From the NCBI GenBank assembly GCA_012521675.1, contig JAAYLU010000015.1, positions 4,617 to 68,616 of the forward strand: 64,000 nt of DNA, given 5' to 3'. The notes beneath the pieces were generated by a model that had not been told where the DNA came from, did no database searches, and worked only from the letters and a program-made list of their open reading frames with translations. The position numbers and the translations under genes were made by a program. Below, piece after piece: positions 44,177-54,160 of the stretch (position 1 is the stretch's first letter; each line of letters starts with the position of its first letter). The DNA is from Synergistaceae bacterium. Its GTDB lineage: Bacteria > Synergistota > Synergistia > Synergistales > Aminobacteriaceae.

Positions 44177-44980
44177 GTGACCGAAAAAACAAGTTATGAT
44201 TCGCCTGAATACGATGTGTTCAAGACCAATGTAAAAAGAATTACCGGTTTGGATCTCAATTCGTACAAAAACCAAATTCATCGTAGGGTCCATATGCTCA
44301 TGCAGCGTTGGAACATCAGCTCTTACGATGATTATTTCAAGACAATAAAGGACAATGAACAGAAGCTACGCGAGTTTCTGGACTACCTTACGATAAACGT
44401 GTCGGAGTTCTTCAGAAACCCCAACAAGTGGACCGAGCTGAGGGATATAGTAATCCCGGAGCTGATCAAGACGAGGGGCAGAAAACAGCTGAAAATCTGG
44501 AGCGCGGGCTCCGCTACAGGCGAGGAGCCGTATTCGCTCGCCATCCTCTCGCTGGAGGCCAGGCTGTCCCCTCAGACCCCGGTGCTGGCAAGCGATATCG
44601 ACCAGGGAGCGATTGCCATCGCAAAGCGCGGGCGCTACTTGAAACGACAGCTGGTAAACATGCCCAAAGAGCTGATTTCACGGTATTTCACCACCCAGGA
44701 CAACGGGGAGACATACCTGGTAAACTCCGAGGTCAAGTCGCGCGTGTCCTTTCAGAGGCTCAACCTCATAGAGGAGAGGTTCGCCGAAGACTTCGACCTC
44801 ATCCTATGCAGAAATGTGGTCATCTACTTCAGCGCGGAGACGAAGACCGCCCTCTATCACAAATTCCTCAAGGCCCTGCGACCGGGCGGCTACCTGCTCG
44901 TTGGCTCGACCGAGCAGATTTTCGACTACAGGAAGATAGGGTTCGAGTCCGCCGGGGCATTTCTATACAAGAGACCATAG
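44177..44980 (+). CDS. cheR: chemotaxis protein methyltransferase CheR
   Basis: SEFFRNP, IWSAGSATGEEPYSLA and ILCRNVVIYF blocks of CheR-type SAM methyltransferases. GTG start lies 10 nt after AAGGAG. Confidence 0.88.
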   Translation: MTEKTSYDSPEYDVFKTNVKRITGLDLNSYKNQIHRRVHMLMQRWNISSYDDYFKTIKDNEQKLREFLDYLTINVSEFFRNPNKWTELRDIVIPELIKTRGRKQLKIWSAGSATGEEPYSLAILSLEARLSPQTPVLASDIDQGAIAIAKRGRYLKRQLVNMPKELISRYFTTQDNGETYLVNSEVKSRVSFQRLNLIEERFAEDFDLILCRNVVIYFSAETKTALYHKFLKALRPGGYLLVGSTEQIFDYRKIGFESAGAFLYKRP

Positions 44981-44984
44981 CAAG

Positions 44985-45010
44985 AGAGGGGGGCGTAGAC
45001 GCCCCCCTCT
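44985..45010. terminator. GC-rich hairpin between convergent cheR and the V-ATPase operon (bidirectional terminator candidate)
   Basis: AGAGGGGGGCG-TAGA-CGCCCCCCTCT is a perfect 11-bp stem with a 4-nt loop. No clear U-tract on either strand. Confidence 0.6.
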
Positions 45011-45046
45011 TCTCATCCCTGGCTCTATTCCCGTTCCGCTGACGCG

Positions 45047-45670
45047 TCAGTGGGAGCGGACTATCTCCTTGATCTTCATCAGCCTGCTGAGCGTAGAGCG
45101 CTCCTGCTCGTCCAGCTTCATCGAAATATAGCGTATCGTCTCGACGAAGTCGGGGATAAGCACGTGCTCGAGGGCGTTGACACGCCTTCTCGTCTTCTCT
45201 ATCTCGACGGCCATTAGGCGTATCGCCTTCTCCTTGGCCGCCAGCTCTATCAGCTTGGGGACCAGCCGGGCGAATCGCTCGAGCGCGAGGTCCAGGCTGG
45301 CCGAGGATGTCGCCAGTCCGTAGTTGTGCGGGGATCCGCGCTGCTCCACTTGGTATACGGGCACCAGCACGCTCATGACGTTCTGAAGGCTGACCGTCAG
45401 GTCGCACTTTGCACCAGAGATCATGAGCGCCTGTTCGAGCATCGCCGGGAGCGTCTGCGCGCGAGCCAGAAGGAAACTCTTGTAGCACGCCGCAAGCTCA
45501 GCCTCGAGCTCCTCGCGAAGGGCCTTGCCCTCTCTCGCCCTCTCCAGGAACGCCTTTATCAGGGCGTCCTGCTTGTCCTTCAGGAGCTTGTGACCTCTTT
45601 GGGCCACCACGAGGCGTTTCTTCAGCCTCGAAAGCTCCATCCTGTTGGGGTTGACATTCAAACGGGCCAC
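45047..45670 (-). CDS. atpD: V-type ATP synthase subunit D
   Basis: MARLNVNPNRMELSRLKKRL...GHKLLKDK is the canonical V/A-type D subunit N-terminus. Last gene of the operon. Confidence 0.92.
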   Translation of the reverse strand: MARLNVNPNRMELSRLKKRLVVAQRGHKLLKDKQDALIKAFLERAREGKALREELEAELAACYKSFLLARAQTLPAMLEQALMISGAKCDLTVSLQNVMSVLVPVYQVEQRGSPHNYGLATSSASLDLALERFARLVPKLIELAAKEKAIRLMAVEIEKTRRRVNALEHVLIPDFVETIRYISMKLDEQERSTLSRLMKIKEIVRSH

Positions 45671-45682
45671 GACGACCCCCCC

Positions 45683-47101
45683 TTACGCCTTCACTGATAC
45701 GGCATCGGCCTTTTCTTTGCTTTTCAGCCTCGGCTCCAGGTACTTCGTGATATAGGCATCCCGAATTCGCTTAAGCTCCCTGACCGGTATTACGGTCAGC
45801 AGATCCCAGCCCAGCTCGAGCGTCTCCTCGTAGGGCCTGTTCTGGTACTCGCCCTGGCGAACGTACTGGTCCTCGAACATGTCCGAGAACTTGGCGAACG
45901 CCTTGTCTTCCTCCGTCAGGGCACCCTCGCCGAGGATGACGGCAAGCTCCTTCGCTTCCTTTCCGCGGGCGTACGCGGCGAAGAGCTGGTTCATCAGGTC
46001 CGCGTGATCCTCGCGAGTCTTGCCCTCGCCGATTCCCTTGTCCTTTAGCCTGGAGAGTGAAGGCATGACGTCGACCGGCGGGTATATTCCCCTCCTGTGG
46101 AGGGTGCGGCTCAGGATGATCTGCCCCTCGGTGATATAGCCTGTCAGGTCCGGTATGGGGTGGGTCTTGTCGTCCTCCGGCATGGTGAGGATCGGGATCT
46201 GGGTGATCGAGCCCTTCTTTCCCTTGAGCCTTCCGGCACGCTCGTACATCGTTGCGAGGTCTGTGTAGAGATAACCGGGGTAGCCTCGGCGCCCGGGGAC
46301 TTCCTTTCTCGCCGCCGAGATCTCGCGAAGGGCCTCGCAGTAGTTCGTGAGGTCCGTGAGTATGACGACGACGTGCATGTCCTGCTCGAACGCGAGGTAC
46401 TCGGCCGCAGTCAGGGCGATTCTCGGGGTTGTGATACGCTCGATCGCCGGGTCGTCCGCAAGGTTCACGAACATGACGGTTCTCTGGATGGCGCCCGTCT
46501 TTCTGAAGTCCTCCATGAAGAAGGAGGCCTCCTCGAATGTGATGCCCATTGCGGCGAACACCACGGCGAAGTCCTCCTGGCCGCTGATGACCGTCGCCTG
46601 GCGGGCGATCTGCGCAGCCATCCTGTTGTGCGGCAGTCCGCTGCCGGAGAAAATCGGGAGCTTCTGCCCTCTTACCATCGGGTTCATCCCGTCGATGGTC
46701 GATATTCCGGTCTGGATGAACTCAGACGGGTAGTCCCTTGAGAAGGGGTTCATCGGCATGCCGTTTATGTCCAGCTTCTTCTCCGGAAGTATCGGGGCGC
46801 CGTCGTCTATCGGCTCTCCCCTGCCGTTGAAGATGCGTCCCAAAAGGTCCCTGCTTACCGGGAACTCGAGGACTTTTCCGAGGAACAGCGCCTTCGTCGA
46901 CTTTATGTCGATCCCGTCCGTTCCCTCGAACACCTGGACCAGGGCATGGTCCGAAGTTATCTCCAAAACCCTGCCCCTTCTCCTCTCGCCGCTGCCGAGC
47001 TCTATCTCGACGAGCTCGTCATAGCGTACGTTTTCCGTCTTGTTCACGAGGAGAAGCGGCCCGGAGAGCTCGCCTATGGTCTTATACTCCTTAGGCAGCA
47101 T
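45683..47101 (-). CDS. atpB: V-type ATP synthase subunit B
   Basis: The regulatory B subunit pattern (no P-loop lysine motif) and the block [25 protein letters not shown] at 47101 lies 6 nt after GGAGGTG; the ORF-track TTG at 47116 is an alternative. Confidence 0.93.
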   Translation of the reverse strand: MLPKEYKTIGELSGPLLLVNKTENVRYDELVEIELGSGERRRGRVLEITSDHALVQVFEGTDGIDIKSTKALFLGKVLEFPVSRDLLGRIFNGRGEPIDDGAPILPEKKLDINGMPMNPFSRDYPSEFIQTGISTIDGMNPMVRGQKLPIFSGSGLPHNRMAAQIARQATVISGQEDFAVVFAAMGITFEEASFFMEDFRKTGAIQRTVMFVNLADDPAIERITTPRIALTAAEYLAFEQDMHVVVILTDLTNYCEALREISAARKEVPGRRGYPGYLYTDLATMYERAGRLKGKKGSITQIPILTMPEDDKTHPIPDLTGYITEGQIILSRTLHRRGIYPPVDVMPSLSRLKDKGIGEGKTREDHADLMNQLFAAYARGKEAKELAVILGEGALTEEDKAFAKFSDMFEDQYVRQGEYQNRPYEETLELGWDLLTVIPVRELKRIRDAYITKYLEPRLKSKEKADAVSVKA

Positions 47102-48884
47102 CGTTTTCACCTCCAACGGGAGTGATCCCGGCTACTTCAGTCTTAATCTGATTCTCGATCTCATCGATCCTGCCGATGTCCTTCTCCTCGAGATACCTCA
47201 TCCTTGCTATCGCCTCTCTGACCGGAAGGTTGAACACATCGTTCATCGTTGCGCCCTTCCGCAAGGCGTCCATGGCTATGCTGTGGAAGAGCAGGATCGT
47301 CCTTAGCATCTTGTACTGCTTCTCCATGGAGGCGTATGTGTCGATCTCGTGGAATGCGTTCTGGTGGAGGAAGTCCTCGCGAAGGGACTTCGCTGTCTCA
47401 AGGACCAGCCTCTCCTCCTTGGAGAGGGCGTCGACTCCGACCAGGCGGACTATCTCTCGGAGGTTGTCCTCCTCCTCGAGCAGGGTCATCGCCTCGATCC
47501 GCAACGGGCTCCATTCGTCGTCGAACTTCATATCCCAGAACTCGTCCAGCTTCTCCGTGTACAGCGAGTAGCTCATAAGCCAGTCGATCGCGGGGAAGTG
47601 GCGCTGGTACGCCAGGGTCGCGTCAAGCCCCCAGAAGACCTTGGCGACCCGGAGAGTGTTCTGACTCACCGGCTCGGACAGGTCTCCGCCCGGAGGCGAC
47701 ACGGCACCTATGGCTGTAACGGACGCCTCCCTGCCGTCCTTGCCGAGCACGACCGCCCGGCCTGCCCTCTCGTAGAAGGAGGCCATGCGGGTTCCCAGGT
47801 AAGCGGGGTAGCCCTCCTCGCCGGGCATCTCCTCAAGTCGGCCCGACATCTCCCTCAGAGCCTCCGCCCAGCGGCTTGTGGAGTCGGCCATCAGGGCGAC
47901 GGAATAACCCATGTCTCGGTAGTACTCCGCCATCGTGATACCGGTGTAGATGCTCGCTTCCCGGGCCGCCACCGGCATGTTGGACGTATTTGCTATCAGC
48001 ACCGTGCGTTTCATAAGCGGATGCCCCGAGCGCGGGTCCTCAAGCTCCGGGAACTCCAGGAGGACGTCCGTCATCTCGTTGCCTCGCTCGCCGCAGCCGA
48101 CATAGACGACTATCTCCGCCTCGGCCCACTTGGCGAGCTGGTGCTGCACCACTGTCTTGCCGGAGCCGAAAGGTCCGGGTACACAGGCGGTTCCGCCCAT
48201 CGCTATCGGGAAGAAGGTGTCTATGACCCTCTGGCCCGTGGTCATCGGAGTTACGGGGGGAAGACGCCTGGCAACGGGGCGAGCCTTGCGGACCGGCCAG
48301 CGCTGAAGCATGGTCACGTTTTGCTTCTTCCCGTCGTTCTCCAGCACCGCTATGACATCCTCGACCTTGAACGACCCCTTCTCGATCTTGGCGACTTTTC
48401 CGCTCATTCCGATCGGGACCATCACCCTGTGCTCGACCAGGATGGACTCCTGCACTACTCCCAGTATGTCGCCCTGCCCCACATGGTCTCCAGCCTTGAC
48501 CTTGGGGACGAAGTCCCATTTTTTCTCCCTGTCAATGGCCGGGACGTCGATTCCCCTCGAAATATAGTGGCTCTTCGCCACGTCCTCTATGAGGTTCAGC
48601 GGCCTCTGCACTCCGTCATAGAACTGCTCGATGAGCCCCGGACCGAGCTCCACGCTGAGCGGCTCTCCGGTGCTGACTACCACCTCGCCCGGCATCAATC
48701 CAGACGTCTCCTCGTAGGCCTGGATCGAGGCCGTGTCCCCTCTGAGCTCGATTATCTCGCCTACGAGGCCGAGGTCCCCTATCCTGACCACGTCGTACAT
48801 TCCGGCGCCTAACATTCCTTTTGCCACAACCAGGGGGCCGGAGATCTTCTCAATAGTGCCCTTAATTATCTTTTCAGCGGCCAC
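47091..48884 (-). CDS. atpA: V-type ATP synthase catalytic subunit A
   Basis: Walker [10 protein letters not shown], the block [27 protein letters not shown], and the non-homologous insert typical of V/A-type A subunits. Confidence 0.96.
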   Translation of the reverse strand: MAAEKIIKGTIEKISGPLVVAKGMLGAGMYDVVRIGDLGLVGEIIELRGDTASIQAYEETSGLMPGEVVVSTGEPLSVELGPGLIEQFYDGVQRPLNLIEDVAKSHYISRGIDVPAIDREKKWDFVPKVKAGDHVGQGDILGVVQESILVEHRVMVPIGMSGKVAKIEKGSFKVEDVIAVLENDGKKQNVTMLQRWPVRKARPVARRLPPVTPMTTGQRVIDTFFPIAMGGTACVPGPFGSGKTVVQHQLAKWAEAEIVVYVGCGERGNEMTDVLLEFPELEDPRSGHPLMKRTVLIANTSNMPVAAREASIYTGITMAEYYRDMGYSVALMADSTSRWAEALREMSGRLEEMPGEEGYPAYLGTRMASFYERAGRAVVLGKDGREASVTAIGAVSPPGGDLSEPVSQNTLRVAKVFWGLDATLAYQRHFPAIDWLMSYSLYTEKLDEFWDMKFDDEWSPLRIEAMTLLEEEDNLREIVRLVGVDALSKEERLVLETAKSLREDFLHQNAFHEIDTYASMEKQYKMLRTILLFHSIAMDALRKGATMNDVFNLPVREAIARMRYLEEKDIGRIDEIENQIKTEVAGITPVGGENDAA

Positions 48885-48911
48885 AATCTATCGCCTCCAT
48901 ACTTCTATTCA

Positions 48912-49253
48912 TTACTTCACCGCGAAAATGTCCATTCCGACCGCACGCTCGACGCCCTTGCGGATCGATTCAATACCGACTCCCATGCTCCCCTTTAGAC
49001 CGGGGATCGGGATGAAGCTGGTATCGTACTCGTCGTTCAGTTCATCGATTCGGCTTGAATGAGATACAAAAAAGGCCTCCTGGACGAAGACGACGGCATA
49101 ACCCGACCTCGCAAGATCGAGAAGGACCGCGTCGACCCTGGAAGCGTCTTCCTGTTTTACAATGCAAGGCTTCACTCCGACGGCCTGGAAAGGAAGGACT
49201 GTCTCGTACTCGCCGACAGCGGCCATGGGAGCTCCTGATATTTTAGCGGCCAT
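48912..49253 (-). CDS. atpF: V-type ATP synthase subunit F
   Basis: About 100-aa protein with the AAVGEYETVLPFQAVGV...VVFVQE... pattern of subunit F. The start may be the internal ATG at 49226. Confidence 0.8.
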   Translation of the reverse strand: MAAKISGAPMAAVGEYETVLPFQAVGVKPCIVKQEDASRVDAVLLDLARSGYAVVFVQEAFFVSHSSRIDELNDEYDTSFIPIPGLKGSMGVGIESIRKGVERAVGMDIFAVK

Positions 49254-50256
49254 GACGAAGCAACCTCCTCGCTACGCTCCTGTCCGTGTCGTTCGCCACG
49301 GAGACCAGGGCGATCCGCAGATTCTTTGCCTCGAGCTCCTTCTGCCACAGGAAGGAAATCACATTCTCAGGCGCGAAGGCCTCGTACTTGGCTCTGCCCA
49401 ATACGGCGCTCACGTACTCGTCCAGCACTTTTTCCATATCTACCAGCATGGCGCCGATATCGGACATATCCTGGACGTTCGCAAAGACACCGGACACATC
49501 GGAGTAAGAGAGGATACGGGGCCAGCTCTCGACCGGCTCGTTCAGTATAGGCAACAGCTTATCCGTCGACAGCCAGCCTCCCTCGTGCATGAAGGAAGCG
49601 ACATATCCGGCCTCCGCGTCCATCCGCTTCAGACGCAGGAGGTTCCGTATGTTCTCCGCGTCGATCCTGCCCTTCACCCAGCGGACGGAGGACTCGAATC
49701 CCGTCTCCGCCGCCAGCTCCGCTAGAACGGAGAACAGCCCCGCATCGAGTATGTTCTCCACCTGCAGTATATCTTTGGTCTGTTCCCACTGGGTCAGACA
49801 CTGGGGCACAAGTCGATGCAGCCCGAACGGCAGAAGCCTGTAGTCCTCGCTTTCGATGGCCATGATCAGGCTGTCCGTCGGGACGACTCCCAGAGAAGTC
49901 AAGAGGTCAAAACGCCTCTCTCCGCCATCTCTGACCAGGATCGCGCTCTTGACGAGAACCTTTACATTGTGAAAGTCGTAGGGTAGGCGGCACAGGTGAA
50001 CCAGGCGAACGTCGGGGACGAACTTCTGCACCTCCTCGTAGGTGTGCAGAAGCTCGGCTTCGATCACCCTGTCAAAGTCCGTTCCACCCTTGAGCTCTGC
50101 GAGCCAAGATGAATATGTAGTCTCGGCAAGGACTTTAAGGGCCGAATCCAGATCCTCGCAGTCCAGCATTCGCTGGATCAGCCCATCCTCGAGAAGACGT
50201 CCGGACATCGCCCGGAGTCGCGCAACCGTATAGGCGAAACGCTCAGCCGGAGCCAT
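49243..50256 (-). CDS. atpC: V-type ATP synthase subunit C (eukaryotic d homologue)
   Basis: 337-aa all-helical protein in the E-C-F slot. N-terminal YTVARLRAMSGRLL motif typical of V/A-type C subunits. Confidence 0.85.
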   Translation of the reverse strand: MAPAERFAYTVARLRAMSGRLLEDGLIQRMLDCEDLDSALKVLAETTYSSWLAELKGGTDFDRVIEAELLHTYEEVQKFVPDVRLVHLCRLPYDFHNVKVLVKSAILVRDGGERRFDLLTSLGVVPTDSLIMAIESEDYRLLPFGLHRLVPQCLTQWEQTKDILQVENILDAGLFSVLAELAAETGFESSVRWVKGRIDAENIRNLLRLKRMDAEAGYVASFMHEGGWLSTDKLLPILNEPVESWPRILSYSDVSGVFANVQDMSDIGAMLVDMEKVLDEYVSAVLGRAKYEAFAPENVISFLWQKELEAKNLRIALVSVANDTDRSVARRLLRHGR

Positions 50257-50272
50257 GGAGCGTCACCTCCGA

Positions 50273-50854
50273 TCACGCCGAAAACAGCCGCTTGACAACG
50301 TCTGCCTCGATCTCGTCTCTAACCCAACGGACAAGCATTTCAAAGGAGCAATCCGTCTCGATGTCATCCTGTTCGAGATAAAAACCGCCTGAAATATCCC
50401 GCTTCTCATCGCCGAGCTTCAACGACCAGCCATTGGCCTCATTGAGCTTCGCAAGCCAATCGGCCGTTATCCTCTTCTCGGACTTTGACACCAAGACCTG
50501 CTCAGTGCCGGACTGAACGGCCTTTTTCATCAGGTCGCCGATGAAGGCGAAATACTTGTCGTCGGGCAGGGTGGCAAGGATCTTCACCGCTCCCTCGAAC
50601 GCATCTGTTATCGCCCTCTGCTTCACGCCGAGCTCCAGCTTTTTCACGTCAAGGGCGGCCACGATCTCCCTTCTTCGGAAGATCTCCGGCTGTTCACCCT
50701 TGAAGCGGGAGGCGTACCCGTCCTCCACGCTCTTTATCTCCAAGTCCGCGCTCTTCTTGATGGACTCGGCGTCCTCTCTTGCCTTAGCGAGGATCCTCTC
50801 GGCCTCTTCACGCGCATCGGATTCGATTTTTTTCTTTATATCTGCCAAGGACAT
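50273..50854 (-). CDS. atpE: V-type ATP synthase subunit E
   Basis: Lys/Glu/Ala-rich N-terminal helix (IKKKIESDAREEAERILAKAREDAESIKK) and a globular C-terminus. Conserved operon slot. Confidence 0.88.
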   Translation of the reverse strand: MSLADIKKKIESDAREEAERILAKAREDAESIKKSADLEIKSVEDGYASRFKGEQPEIFRRREIVAALDVKKLELGVKQRAITDAFEGAVKILATLPDDKYFAFIGDLMKKAVQSGTEQVLVSKSEKRITADWLAKLNEANGWSLKLGDEKRDISGGFYLEQDDIETDCSFEMLVRWVRDEIEADVVKRLFSA

Positions 50855-50875
50855 CTTTGCATCCCCCCAGACGAA

Positions 50876-51352
50876 CTACAGAGTAATTCCGTTGAGGAGG
50901 ATTATGCTCATTAGAAGTGAAAGAACAGCGTAGGTCTCCACCATCGCGGGCAGAATGACTGCTTTTCCCGTCTCCTCCGGGCGTTTAGCTATCATCTGGA
51001 TGCTGGCGGCCGAGGTCTTGCCCTGAGCTATTGCCGAGAAATATCCTCCAATGGCGATCGGAAGGCATGAGAAGAAGATACCCAGCCCCTGCCATACGTT
51101 GACTTCCACTGGCGAACCGCCGAGCAGTCCGACCTTGAGAATGGCGAAGAAGGCGATCAGAAGCCCGTAGATTCCCTGCGTGCCGGGAAGGGCCTGAAGC
51201 AGAAGGACGAGACCGAACTTGCCGGGATCCTCCGTCATGACGCCCGCGCCCGACTCGCCTGCAATTCCGACACCGATCGCCGAACCCGCTCCAGCCCAAC
51301 CAGCGGCCATTGCCGCACCAAGGATTGCCAGCATTACACCAAGAAGTTCCAT
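50876..51352 (-). CDS. atpK: V-type ATP synthase proteolipid subunit K (4-TM, duplicated c)
   Basis: Very similar to Enterococcus hirae NtpK as I recall it: LQALPGTQGIYGLLIAF, FSAIAQGKTSAASIQMIAKRPE, PAMVETYAVL. Confidence 0.93.
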   Translation of the reverse strand: MELLGVMLAILGAAMAAGWAGAGSAIGVGIAGESGAGVMTEDPGKFGLVLLLQALPGTQGIYGLLIAFFAILKVGLLGGSPVEVNVWQGLGIFFSCLPIAIGGYFSAIAQGKTSAASIQMIAKRPEETGKAVILPAMVETYAVLSLLMSIILLNGITL

Positions 51353-51482
51353 AATAAGAATTACACTCCTCTCGTTTTCAGGTAGCTCTGGAATAGTTTG
51401 ATCTATATTCTAGCGAAGCCCCTAAGCCAGGGCTTGTATAACAAGTTCATCCCGCTTTTTCTCGCTTGCCGGGGAGAACAGC

Positions 51483-53495
51483 TCATTCCTCGGATTCGCT
51501 CTTTATCGACACGAAGGCGGTCTTGTAAGTCAGGGGCGAAAAGACCGTCCCTCCACCCGAGTAGAACTTGCTGAAGAACTCGACATATTGCAATCTGAGG
51601 GAGTGGACGAAGGCGCCGAGCAGATTGACCGCGAGGCTGAATATATGCCCGCCCACCACCAGCAGGATTGCTATGGCCCAGCCGATAAAGGGGATGTCCC
51701 CGGCCAGACCGGCCAGCATGTTTATTATTACCCCTACCGCGCCGGTTGCCAGCCCAAGAGCCAGAAGGCGACTGTAGCTTAGCACGTCTCCAAGGTACGA
51801 GGTAACGTCGTACAGGCTAAGCACTCCCGAGACGGCCTTTCCAAAAATGCCCTCCTTGGCCCTCCCCTGGGTTGCTACGAGAATCGCCGCTCCTATGAAG
51901 GAGACAATCTTCGCGACCAGACCCATCCCTTCGGACAGGAAGCCGCTGGCAACCCCACCCCACAGAAGCAGACCGACAAGCAGGACGATCCATCCTCCGA
52001 CGTCAGCGAAGGCACCCATGTAGTCCTTCTTTCTCAGGGCGTCGTAAAACGCTATGAACAGACCGAAAAAGAGCTGGATCACTCCCAGCGCCAGTGATAT
52101 GGCGAGGAAGCTCATCGGATTGTCCATCGGGTTGAGGATCAGGAAGAAGTCCTTCGCAGGGCGAAGGAACGACAGGAATGAGAATGCGTCCACCATATCG
52201 CCGAACCAGCTTCCCGTCAGAGCGCCTACGATGATCGTGGAGACCCCGGACAGTATGAACAGCTGGAAGAAGCCCTTGAAAGACACGGGCATGTCTTTGA
52301 ACTTCTTGGTGAACCACATGAACAGACCGACCGTTATCACACCATACCCCGCATCCCCTAGGCACATTCCGAAGAAGATGAAGAAGAACGGGGCAAGAAG
52401 GGGTGTCGGATCTATCTCGCCGTACTTGGGCACTCCGTAGAGACGCGTGAGGTTCTCAAACGGCAACGACCAAGGGGCGTTCACCAGGAGTGAAGGAGGT
52501 GAGTCCTCCGGGGAGGGCTTGAACAGAAAGAGCTCCACCGAAGTTCCAAAAGGAGAGAGAGCCTTGGTAAGACGAGGGACCGCGGACTCCGGAACCCATC
52601 CGCGAAGCATTACCACCTGTTCGGTGGTGGCCCCCGATGAGAGAGCCTGGTACCTGTCTCGCGTGACCGTCCAATAGTCGCTCAGGGATCTGATATCCAG
52701 GACGTGCCCGGCTGCTATGTCGGCGATCTCTTTTAATATTTTCTCCTCCTCGGCCGTCAGAAACACCTTTCTCTCGGCCATGGCGGCACTCTCTTCTTCA
52801 ACAGTTTTTTTCAAGGAAAGGGGAACTTCGACCCTGCTGAAGGAGTGCTTCGCAAGAGACTCCGCGACCTTCTCGGCGAGGGATTCTTCGTAGAAGACGG
52901 CCACCCAGCCCTCCTGCTCTTTTTCATCGGGGATGGAAGTGTACACCTCCCCCATCGAGGACAGTACGGCTTCAACCTCCGCCCTCCACGCCTCGATTTT
53001 GGACACGGGCATAGTGCCGAGAACTCCACGGACGCGTTCCGTCCCGTATGTCAATAATTCGAAGGGATAGGGGAAGTTCACGAGGGAGGACAGCAGAACC
53101 TCCGTCGAGCTGATCTGAGCCAACTCCGAGCGTATCTCTATAAGACGACGTTCAAGGGCTCTGACATCGCCGGAAAGGGACATCATGTCCGTCCGCTCCT
53201 CCAGCGCCTTGCCTTCTGTTAGGGAGAGAGCCTCCCTGTCTCCGAGGGCTCTTGCCATAGGGGATACTTCATCGTTGAAATGAGGTTCCAGAAAACGAAG
53301 AAGAAACCGGGCCTCTGCAAGCAGACTTTCTACTCGCTGCAGATCGGGATGGATGAGGGCGGTTCCTTCAGATGCAGAGTCGCTGTCAAAAGGGACAACT
53401 TCATACGACCCTGTCTTTTGAAGTGCGTTCAGCACGTTGTCCAGATCAGACTTGTGAACGAACAACTCGGCCTTTTTAATGCCCTCCACTGCCAT
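51483..53495 (-). CDS. atpI: V-type ATP synthase subunit I (a subunit)
   Basis: 670 aa with a cytoplasmic N-terminal half and a C-terminal polytopic half carrying the conserved Arg region (VLSYSRLLALGLA). Confidence 0.92.
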   Translation of the reverse strand: MAVEGIKKAELFVHKSDLDNVLNALQKTGSYEVVPFDSDSASEGTALIHPDLQRVESLLAEARFLLRFLEPHFNDEVSPMARALGDREALSLTEGKALEERTDMMSLSGDVRALERRLIEIRSELAQISSTEVLLSSLVNFPYPFELLTYGTERVRGVLGTMPVSKIEAWRAEVEAVLSSMGEVYTSIPDEKEQEGWVAVFYEESLAEKVAESLAKHSFSRVEVPLSLKKTVEEESAAMAERKVFLTAEEEKILKEIADIAAGHVLDIRSLSDYWTVTRDRYQALSSGATTEQVVMLRGWVPESAVPRLTKALSPFGTSVELFLFKPSPEDSPPSLLVNAPWSLPFENLTRLYGVPKYGEIDPTPLLAPFFFIFFGMCLGDAGYGVITVGLFMWFTKKFKDMPVSFKGFFQLFILSGVSTIIVGALTGSWFGDMVDAFSFLSFLRPAKDFFLILNPMDNPMSFLAISLALGVIQLFFGLFIAFYDALRKKDYMGAFADVGGWIVLLVGLLLWGGVASGFLSEGMGLVAKIVSFIGAAILVATQGRAKEGIFGKAVSGVLSLYDVTSYLGDVLSYSRLLALGLATGAVGVIINMLAGLAGDIPFIGWAIAILLVVGGHIFSLAVNLLGAFVHSLRLQYVEFFSKFYSGGGTVFSPLTYKTAFVSIKSESEE

Positions 53496-53817
53496 ATCGA
53501 GAAATCACCTCTTCTGAAATCCACTGGGCCGTGCCGTCCGTCTTTCGGCCGTACTGACCGGCAAGTTCTTCGGACTTCTTTCGACCGGCTTCAAGGGATG
53601 TTCTAGCTTTTTCCTCCGCTTCCTGCTCCGCCTTGGCCGTGTTTTCCTTGAATAGCCTGAAGGCCTTCTGCTTTGCTTCTTTAATCCTGAGTTCAGCTTG
53701 GTTACGGGCTTCAGTCACCATTCGAGCGGCTTCATTCCTTGCCTCTTTCACAATCTCCTTCGAACGGGCCTCAACCTCCTTGATCTCTTCAGCCAGATTA
53801 GCTGCCATGCGCTGCAC
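53476..53817 (-). CDS. V-type ATP synthase peripheral-stalk subunit (G/H, NtpF-like)
   Basis: 113-aa Glu/Lys/Ala-rich single long helix as the first gene of the operon, as in the Thermus and Enterococcus V-ATPase operons. Confidence 0.7.
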   Translation of the reverse strand: MQRMAANLAEEIKEVEARSKEIVKEARNEAARMVTEARNQAELRIKEAKQKAFRLFKENTAKAEQEAEEKARTSLEAGRKKSEELAGQYGRKTDGTAQWISEEVISRYGSGGH

Positions 53818-53881
53818 CTCCTCTCGAGAGAAATAATCACTTTAACTACTATCAGGTTTAAGGACACCATAAATATCAACT

Positions 53882-53910
53882 ATTTTATTACCAGTCGGAA
53901 TTTGTGTCAA
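53882..53910 (-). promoter_or_regulatory. candidate promoter of the V-ATPase operon (TTGACA-17 nt-TAAAAT)
   Basis: On the - strand, TTGACA (53910-53905) and TAAAAT (53887-53882) have a 17-nt spacer. They lie in a conspicuously AT-rich stretch about 65 nt upstream of the first ATG. Confidence 0.45.
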
Positions 53911-54000
53911 ACGCAAAGACATGTCTAATGAATAACCATTAATTCACTCTCATTAATACTGAATTCTGAATGGGGACACAACGGAAAGCGAGGGGGAAAA

Positions 54001-54076
54001 TGGAGCGGACAACGGGATTCGAACCCGCGACCCTTAGCTTGGGAAGCTAATGCTCTACCAACTGAGCTATGTCCGC
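54001..54076 (-). tRNA. tRNA-Gly (anticodon CCC)
   Basis: Full cloverleaf: acceptor GCGGACA/UGUCCGC, D-arm GCUC-AGUUGGUA-GAGC, anticodon arm UUAGC-UUCCCAA-GCUAA, T-arm GCGGG-UUCGAAU-CCCGU, discriminator U, encoded CCA. Confidence 0.95.
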
Positions 54077-54097
54077 GCCTCAATTTTTTCCGATGGT

Positions 54098-54126
54098 ATT
54101 ATATCCGCCGTTCCCCAAATATGCAA
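54098..54126 (-). promoter_or_regulatory. candidate promoter of tRNA-Gly (TTGCAT-17 nt-TATAAT)
   Basis: On the - strand, TTGCAT (54126-54121) and TATAAT (54103-54098) have a 17-nt spacer. The -10 ends 21 nt upstream of the mature tRNA 5' end. Confidence 0.55.
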
Positions 54127-54160
54127 GGCTCGTTTTTCCGATTAGAAAGCCGGCTGATAG

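Noticed and set aside
47349-48812. 487-aa ORF on the + strand
   Set aside because: It is entirely antisense to the V-ATPase A subunit, which has unambiguous motifs (GPFGSGKTV). Its translation is Arg/Gly/His/Leu-rich with no motifs. This is a typical stop-free antisense frame in GC-rich coding DNA.
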